Below, one piece after another: positions 46,275 through 52,033 of a DNA stretch of 52,033 nucleotides. The stretch is from Candidatus Sulfobium sp. (lineage in GTDB: Bacteria; Nitrospirota; Thermodesulfovibrionia; Thermodesulfovibrionales; UBA6898), in the NCBI GenBank assembly GCA_037380845.1, contig JARRRI010000020.1:1-52033 (forward strand), read 5' to 3'. The first letter of the stretch is position 1. Every line of letters begins with the position of its first letter. Under the pieces are notes generated by a model. The model was given only the letters and a program-made list of their open reading frames with translations, was not told where the DNA came from and did no database searches. A program made the position numbers and the translations under genes.

Positions 46275-46390
46275 TTCTGTTTTGCTTGTGGGTCTGTGTC
46301 TAAAATCTCTACCTGTCGTAAGCGGCGATACTCACTCTATAAACAGTGTAATTATGTAATAACGGGAGGTTAAATTCAAGCGTCTGTCTT

Positions 46391-47845
46391 TCACAGGTAG
46401 GGAGAAAAAAGGCGTGCAATGCCGTCTCGGAGCTTTACGGGAAAGGCGCGGCCTTCCATGGCGTCAAGTGTGACCCTCTCTGAATTGGCGATTCGCGGTT
46501 CGATGAGCAGGCCGGTCAGGCGGGAAGCGAGTTCGCGGCTGTAAGACTCGACATTGAATTCGAAGTTCAGCATGAGACTCCGGGGGTCCCAGTTGCCCGA
46601 TCCGAACAAGACCCAGATCCCGTCGACCACCATCAATTTCGTATGGTCGAAAGGTGGCGGGGAAAGCCATATGCGGCATCCTTCTTCGATCAGTTGGGCA
46701 AATGACGCCTTCGACGCCCAATGAATAAACGGGATATTGTTTACAGACGGCAGAATGATATCCACGGTTACGCCCCGCATGGCCGCAAGTCCGAGTGCCC
46801 TCATGAGGTCGGAGTCCGGCAGGAAGTACGGGGTCATGATCTTCACGGAGGATTTGGAACATGCAAGGGCCCCCTGAATGGTCCAGAGCAATTTTTCAAA
46901 ATCCTCATCGGGACCGTCAGGTATGCCGCGCGCTGCAACCATGCCCCGGCGCTCAATTGAGGGGAACCATTTTTCTCCCTCCAGGGACTCCCCCGTGGCA
47001 AAGTACCAGTCTTCGGCAAAGACCTCCTGAAAATGGGCCACGACAGGTCCGTCCACACTGAAATGGAGGTCCTGGACGGGGTGGTGTGGGTGAGAACCGA
47101 TTACATGGCCGGAGCGGATATTCATCCCACCGGTGAAACCTTTCCGGCCATCGACAACCAGTATCTTCCGGTGATTCCTCAGATTCATGAAGGGCATGCG
47201 CCACGGCAGCACTGTCGGCATGAAGCGGGCAACTCTGATGCCGGCCTGTCTGAGGAGGTGGTCCATGGGCGGCCATGAATAACGCACTCCGACCGCGTCG
47301 ATCAGCACCCTTACCTCGACTCCCCGGGTCACCGCCCTTGAAAGGGCTTGCAGGAAGGACCTGCCTGCTTCGTCCCTGTCGAAAATATAGGTTGACAGCG
47401 AAAGGGAGTTCCTGGCCTCTCCTGCAGCCTTTATCATGGCAGGGTACGCTTCGTCACCGTTGACGAGAGGCAATACATTATTGCCTTCCAGGACCGGTTT
47501 CTGGACGATCACATCTACCAGACGCACAAGGTCGGGATAATGGTCACCCGGGGGGACGGCCGCAAGTCCCCGGGCTCCAGTGAACTCCGGCCGGACCACG
47601 ACCGGCGTCGTATGTCCCCTGCGTTCCCCGCGCAGAGACCTGGCCCTCCGCCTGATCCGGTTTATCCCCAGCAGCAGATACAGCACGGCCCCGAATACCG
47701 GCAAAAGCCATATAAGACCCACCCAGGCGACGGCGGCGTGGGTGTCCCTTTTGTACAGAATGACATGGCCGGAGGCCAGAACGGTGACCAGCAATGCAAG
47801 GGTGCTGGCGACATACGGCCAGATGTCCGCTATCCGCTCAAGCAT
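46391..47845 (-). CDS. cls: Cardiolipin synthase (phospholipase D family)
   Basis: Two N-terminal TMs; two HKD motifs (NHRKILVVD, DHTKLMVVD). Confidence 0.92.
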   Translation of the reverse strand: MLERIADIWPYVASTLALLVTVLASGHVILYKRDTHAAVAWVGLIWLLPVFGAVLYLLLGINRIRRRARSLRGERRGHTTPVVVRPEFTGARGLAAVPPGDHYPDLVRLVDVIVQKPVLEGNNVLPLVNGDEAYPAMIKAAGEARNSLSLSTYIFDRDEAGRSFLQALSRAVTRGVEVRVLIDAVGVRYSWPPMDHLLRQAGIRVARFMPTVLPWRMPFMNLRNHRKILVVDGRKGFTGGMNIRSGHVIGSHPHHPVQDLHFSVDGPVVAHFQEVFAEDWYFATGESLEGEKWFPSIERRGMVAARGIPDGPDEDFEKLLWTIQGALACSKSSVKIMTPYFLPDSDLMRALGLAAMRGVTVDIILPSVNNIPFIHWASKASFAQLIEEGCRIWLSPPPFDHTKLMVVDGIWVLFGSGNWDPRSLMLNFEFNVESYSRELASRLTGLLIEPRIANSERVTLDAMEGRAFPVKLRDGIARLFSPYL

Positions 47846-48025
47846 CGTTAAGTGGTCTTCCCCCGCATGATACCCGCCTTTCGCCGGTTGATGTTATAAG
47901 ATTACAATAAAACTTCATTCCCTTCCACCCGGCTTCAGGCCCGAAATCCGGCCGGCGGTGTTCAGGAGTTTTGTTCTGATAAGGGGAATGGATTAAAATA
48001 ATCGAAAAGCTGTAAAGGAGCGGAT

Positions 48026-49144
48026 ATGTCGAAGGTCTACTTTGCCTCTGCGCGGTCCCTGAAATGGAAGTATGAAGACAGCATGCCCGGAAAGCTCGAA
48101 AGGCTGCTCAAAGAGATAGGCCTGCTGCACTATTTCAGTCCCGATGAATGGGTCGCGGTCAAGACGCATTTTGGCTCCGAGGGAGCCCACAGGATCGTGC
48201 GGCCGGTCTTTCTCAGAAAGGTGGCGGAGTCCCTCAGGAAGATCGGGGCCAGACCTTTTATTACCGATACCGTGAGGATCAAAGGTCTCGATTACCTCGA
48301 TGTGGCCAACCAGAACGGCATCAATCACCTTTCCGTGGGTGCGCCGGTCGTGCTCGCCGACGGGCTCTACGGGAATGACAATGTTATGGTAAAAGCGGGC
48401 GAAGCTTTGGGCAATATCGCCGTGGCTTCCCTCATTCATGACGTCCCCGCCATGGTTGTGTGTTCGCATGTCAAGGGCCACATAGCTTCCGGCTATGCCG
48501 GGGCGATCAAGAACCTTGCAATGGGAGGGGTTAGCGCCTACCACCGCACAGGTGGGTGGAAGTGCGGGCGGGGCTCCATGCATACCTTCGGTGAAGGTGA
48601 ACTTGTCTGGGACGCAGAAAGGTGCGAACTATGCTATCAGTGCAGGGATGTATGCCCGCTGGACGCGATAACCTTCAAGGATGACGCGCTCGTCTGGGAA
48701 GGTGACGTCTGCTTCAGATGCGGCAGGTGTGAACGTGTCTGTCAGGCAGAATCGCTTTCACTGCCTGCGGACAGTGAACGTTTCATGGTATCTCTGGTTG
48801 AGGCAGCAAAGGCCGTTCTCGGCACATTCGAGCCCCGGAAGGTGGTGTATGTCAATTTTTTGAGCGAGATTCAGCCGGAGTGCGACTGCATGCCTTCAGC
48901 GGACGTGCCTGTCATACAGGACAAAGGCATCCTGATATCCGATGACCTGGTTTCGATAGAGCAGGCCAGCGTAGACATGCTAAGGGAATCGAGTCCGTTG
49001 CCGGAGTCTCTGGCCGGCGACAGGGGCTCTGAGAAAGGCGATGACATCCTGATGAAACTTCACGGAAGGCCGTATATGATCCAGATAACGGAGGCCGAAA
49101 GACTCGGACTCGGGGTCAGAGAATATGAGTTGACCGAGGTCTAG
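48026..49144 (+). CDS. DUF362 family iron-sulfur protein
   Basis: VKTHFG, HVKGH, GAIKNLAMG, two CxxCxxCxxxC motifs, PECDC. Confidence 0.9.
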   Translation: MSKVYFASARSLKWKYEDSMPGKLERLLKEIGLLHYFSPDEWVAVKTHFGSEGAHRIVRPVFLRKVAESLRKIGARPFITDTVRIKGLDYLDVANQNGINHLSVGAPVVLADGLYGNDNVMVKAGEALGNIAVASLIHDVPAMVVCSHVKGHIASGYAGAIKNLAMGGVSAYHRTGGWKCGRGSMHTFGEGELVWDAERCELCYQCRDVCPLDAITFKDDALVWEGDVCFRCGRCERVCQAESLSLPADSERFMVSLVEAAKAVLGTFEPRKVVYVNFLSEIQPECDCMPSADVPVIQDKGILISDDLVSIEQASVDMLRESSPLPESLAGDRGSEKGDDILMKLHGRPYMIQITEAERLGLGVREYELTEV

Positions 49145-49181
49145 GTTACACCATCCACAAATTAAATTCCGGCCAGCTGAC

Positions 49182-49218
49182 AAAAAAATGCTGCTGCCCG
49201 TGGGATGTGGACAGCAGC
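49182..49218 (-). terminator. Intrinsic terminator on the minus strand
   Basis: GCTGCTGTCC-loop-GGGCAGCAGC followed by ATTTTTTT. Confidence 0.7.
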
Positions 49219-49246
49219 TTAGGGGAGGTAACGAGGCGCTTAATAC
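49182..49246 (-). ncRNA. Candidate small RNA
   Basis: TTGACA-N17-TTTCAT upstream (49251-49279), minus-strand terminator, both flanking genes on the plus strand. Confidence 0.4.
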
Positions 49247-49424
49247 CTATATGAAACCAAACTTTATGAAACTTGTCAAGCAAAAAAAGCAATTGACTTA
49301 TAAATTTCAATTTTAGCCGGGGTCTGGTTATGCCCGTATTTCTGCCGGTTCCGGCGCCGGAAGTTAACTCATCAAAAATAAATGATTTATTGTAATTCGG
49401 AAGGTTTTCTATTATTCTAGTGCT

Positions 49425-50093
49425 ATGTTTGACCTCAGACTGGTTCCCTTCTTCAGCACTCTGGCCCCCCGGGAGGCAAAGGAAATATCCGGGTATTTTA
49501 CAGCCGAGGCGTTCAAAAAGAAACAATTGATTTTTTCCGAGGGAGACCCTTCCGAATGGATGTATGTAGTAGTCAGAGGCAAGGTCAAAATCACCAAACT
49601 CTCCCAGGAGGGCAAGGAGATAATACTCGAGATCATCTCCCCCATGGATTTTTTCGGGGGAGTTGCGGCAGTCAGGGGATTCCCCTATCCCGCCAATGCG
49701 GTGGCGATGGAAAGCACGGAGGTCCTCAAGGTTTCCCGGAAAAACCTTATGACGATAATGGACAGGTTCCCGAACCTGATGTACTCCATGGCTACCAACA
49801 TAGGCGACCGGATAAAGGGGTCTCACGAGATGCTGAAGAGTATAGCCCTTGAAAAGGTGGAGTCCCGGATTGCGTCTCTTCTTATCAAGCTCGCAGACAA
49901 GGCGGGAGAAAAAAGTGCGGAAGGCGTCACGATAAACATGGTCCTTACAAAGCAGGATATCGCCGAGATGGTCGGAACAACGGTCGAGACTTCCATAAGG
50001 ACAACGAGCAAACTTTCCAAGGCCGGCATTATTACATCCCGGGCCGGAAAGATCGTCATAAGGGACCTGGGACGACTGAAATCCCTCACGTAG
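49425..50093 (+). CDS. Crp/Fnr family transcriptional regulator
   Basis: cNMP-binding-like domain (IFSEGDP, GKVKI) and HTH LTKQDIAEMVGTTVETSIR. Confidence 0.93.
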   Translation: MFDLRLVPFFSTLAPREAKEISGYFTAEAFKKKQLIFSEGDPSEWMYVVVRGKVKITKLSQEGKEIILEIISPMDFFGGVAAVRGFPYPANAVAMESTEVLKVSRKNLMTIMDRFPNLMYSMATNIGDRIKGSHEMLKSIALEKVESRIASLLIKLADKAGEKSAEGVTINMVLTKQDIAEMVGTTVETSIRTTSKLSKAGIITSRAGKIVIRDLGRLKSLT

Positions 50094-50152
50094 TGTTCAG
50101 TGCGTCCAATATTTTTTAACATATCGTGGCGGTTGCCAAGTCTGTTTCAGCA

Positions 50153-50226
50153 GTCATTCCGCGCAGGCGGAAATCCGGGTTCCTGTCCTTAAAAAATGGA
50201 TTCCCGATTAGTGCCCCGGGAATGAC
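50153..50226. repeat. GTCATTCC-type REP-like element, copy 3
   Basis: GTCATTCCGCGCAGGCGGAAATCC ... TGGATTCCCG...CGGGAATGAC. Confidence 0.65.
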
Positions 50227-50314
50227 GGGATGCGGGGATTCTTTAGCGGAGTTTCTGCACAAAGAAATTGCCGACTCACCAGGCAGTTGCTCCATCTGAC
50301 TTTTTTTAACGACT

Positions 50315-51115
50315 ATGAGCCTCGAGAGGGCAAGAGAACTCGGATGCGACACCATGCAGATATTTTCTCATAGTCCCCGGGGGTGGAAGGTAAAAGAGAG
50401 GGACCGGGGTGAATGCGACGTATTCAGAAGGCTGAGAGGGGCTTACGACATATCCCCGGTGTTCATTCATTCTTCGTACCTCATCAATCCTGCCTCACGA
50501 GACGGGCACCTGAGAAAGAAATCCATGGAGATGATCACCGCCGAGCTGCATATGGCGGATGCCATGGGCGCGGACTACGTCATATTGCATACCGGGAGCG
50601 CCTCTGGAGAAGATCCGTCCGCTGCAAGAAAGAATGTTATATCCTGCCTTGCCGGGATTTCGGCGGAGGGAAATTGGAAATCCGGCATTCTGCTCGAAAA
50701 TACGGCGGGGGAAAAGGGGGACATCGCCTCAAGGGTTGAGGAGATTGGGGAAATACTGGAAGCCGTCCCGGAAGGTCTGATCTCCGGCGTCTGCATCGAC
50801 ACCTGCCACGCTTTTTCGGCGGGCTATGACATGAGGACCGGCCCGGCCGCGAGTTTCATGGCAAAGGAACTTGAAAGGTACATAGGTTTGGACAGGGTGA
50901 AGCTCCTTCATGTGAACGATTCCAGGGCAAGTCTCGGTTCGGGCATAGACCGGCACGAACATATCGGCAGAGGCAAAATCGGCCTCGACGGCCTCAGGAA
51001 TATCCTGAACGAGTCCGCCCTGGCGGATGTCCCCCTTATCCTCGAGACCCCGAAAAAAGAAAAGGACGACGACAAAAGGAATCTGGATATAGTCAGAAAG
51101 CTGGTCGGTTGGTGA
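50315..51115 (+). CDS. nfo: Endonuclease IV; N-terminus apparently truncated
   Basis: QIFSHSPR, HSSYLIN, LENTAG, CIDTCH, HVNDS, DRHEHIG, ILETP. Confidence 0.9.
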   Translation: MSLERARELGCDTMQIFSHSPRGWKVKERDRGECDVFRRLRGAYDISPVFIHSSYLINPASRDGHLRKKSMEMITAELHMADAMGADYVILHTGSASGEDPSAARKNVISCLAGISAEGNWKSGILLENTAGEKGDIASRVEEIGEILEAVPEGLISGVCIDTCHAFSAGYDMRTGPAASFMAKELERYIGLDRVKLLHVNDSRASLGSGIDRHEHIGRGKIGLDGLRNILNESALADVPLILETPKKEKDDDKRNLDIVRKLVGW

Positions 51116-51386
51116 ACGTGACGGTTAGACCTGGTCAAGAGATTAGTCAACGATATTCCTGATTTTGCATCCGATCGTTCTTGATTTGCAACCGGTCGTT
51201 CATCTCACCTATCCAATCCGATCCTGCCCGCTATCTTTTTGTTCTGCAAATTTGATGGATTGTATTTTTAAATGGAATGGCACATTCAATTTTCAGTACG
51301 ATTGTTTGTTTCTTTAAAAGCTCCGTTCTTTTTTGAGATTTTTTTGTTGACAATTGCGATCAGATTGTTGTAAAGTATCATACAGA

Positions 51387-51953
51387 ATGTCGACACATGG
51401 GCGGGACACACTTAAAGGTCTGTTTTCATCATCAGTCAGGGCTGATCTGCTGGCGCTTCTGCTGAATAATCCGGATGAGAAATTCTACGTCCGGGAACTT
51501 GCAACCCTTCTTCGCAAGAACCCTTCCGGAGTCAAAAGGGAACTCGATAACCTCGAAAAGATGGGTGTACTGAAAAGTACGAGAGTCGCAAACCTGAAAT
51601 ATTTCCAGGCGGACAAATCATCTCCCCTCTTTTCAGAGTTGAAAAGTCTTATTGCAAAATCACTCGGTGCCCCCGGCGCATTAAAGACGCTGCTCAAGCC
51701 CTCGGGGATAAAGATAGCCTTTATTTACGGTCCATATGCGGAAAATGAAGAATCCGATACCCTTAACCTTTTTATCGCAGGGGCCGCCTCTTCGATTGCG
51801 GACGGGGTTAAAGACATAGAAGAGAAATTCAGCAAGAAGATAATCATAGTTTCCATGGAAGAAAGCGAGTTCAAGCAGAAAAGGGAAAGCGGCGACGCTG
51901 ACCTGGAAAAGCTCCTGTCAGGGAATAAGATAATGCTGATGGGTAAGCTTTAA
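51387..51953 (+). CDS. Winged-helix DNA-binding protein with degenerate nucleotidyltransferase (MNT)-like C-terminal domain
   Basis: LFSSSVRADLL..FYVRELA..VKRELDNLEKMG wHTH, then AFIYG.YA; TTGACA promoter-like element just upstream. Confidence 0.75.
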   Translation: MSTHGRDTLKGLFSSSVRADLLALLLNNPDEKFYVRELATLLRKNPSGVKRELDNLEKMGVLKSTRVANLKYFQADKSSPLFSELKSLIAKSLGAPGALKTLLKPSGIKIAFIYGPYAENEESDTLNLFIAGAASSIADGVKDIEEKFSKKIIIVSMEESEFKQKRESGDADLEKLLSGNKIMLMGKL

Positions 51954-51998
51954 TTCAAATTTCCCCTTTTCGCAGGGGATGGAAAGGTGGTGAACAAG

Positions 51999-52033
51999 AT
52001 GGCAGTAAGAAAAGCGACAGCGAAGAAGACGGC
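51999..52033 (+). CDS. 5' fragment of a Lys/Ala-rich protein (MAVRKATAKKT...), cut by the window end
   Basis: AAGGTGGTG SD-like sequence upstream of ATG; open to the end of the window. Confidence 0.45.
   Translation, partial: MAVRKATAKKT

Noticed and set aside
1..52033. CRISPR array, rRNA, intact transposase/integrase or defence operon
   Set aside because: No regularly spaced repeats or corresponding motifs found

Overview
Chromosomal window of a moderately GC-rich anaerobic-type bacterium. Gene content and order suggest Nitrospirota/Thermodesulfovibrionia or a Desulfobacterota-like organism; this is an inference and was not searched. Most of it is housekeeping: rsmB-PASTA-rpe-TPR-pgsA-DUF512-aroE-lptCAB-rpoN-hpf-rapZ-cysteine desulfurase on the minus strand, def-fmt, lipA-aminotransferase-hom, galT-glgA-histidine kinase-response regulator-rlmD, nrdJ, exeA-gspB, nadE-rsmI, an Hsp20 trio with a sigma54 activator, cls, DUF362, Crp/Fnr and nfo. 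The left edge is probably the boundary of an element integrated at tRNA-Thr(CGT), with a two-tyrosine HUH rolling-circle Rep. Non-coding signals read from the sequence: (1) a promoter + c-di-GMP-I (GEMM)-like aptamer + terminator unit with no downstream ORF, pointing at the tRNA and Rep; (2) a 6S RNA; (3) a complete sigma54 promoter with three palindromic enhancer sites for the Hsp20 operon; (4) a candidate sRNA beside the Crp/Fnr gene; (5) several REP/MITE-like palindromic elements. About seven genes appear to have lost short internal or terminal segments, pointing to either genome erosion or assembly artefact. No CRISPR array, rRNA or integrase is visible.
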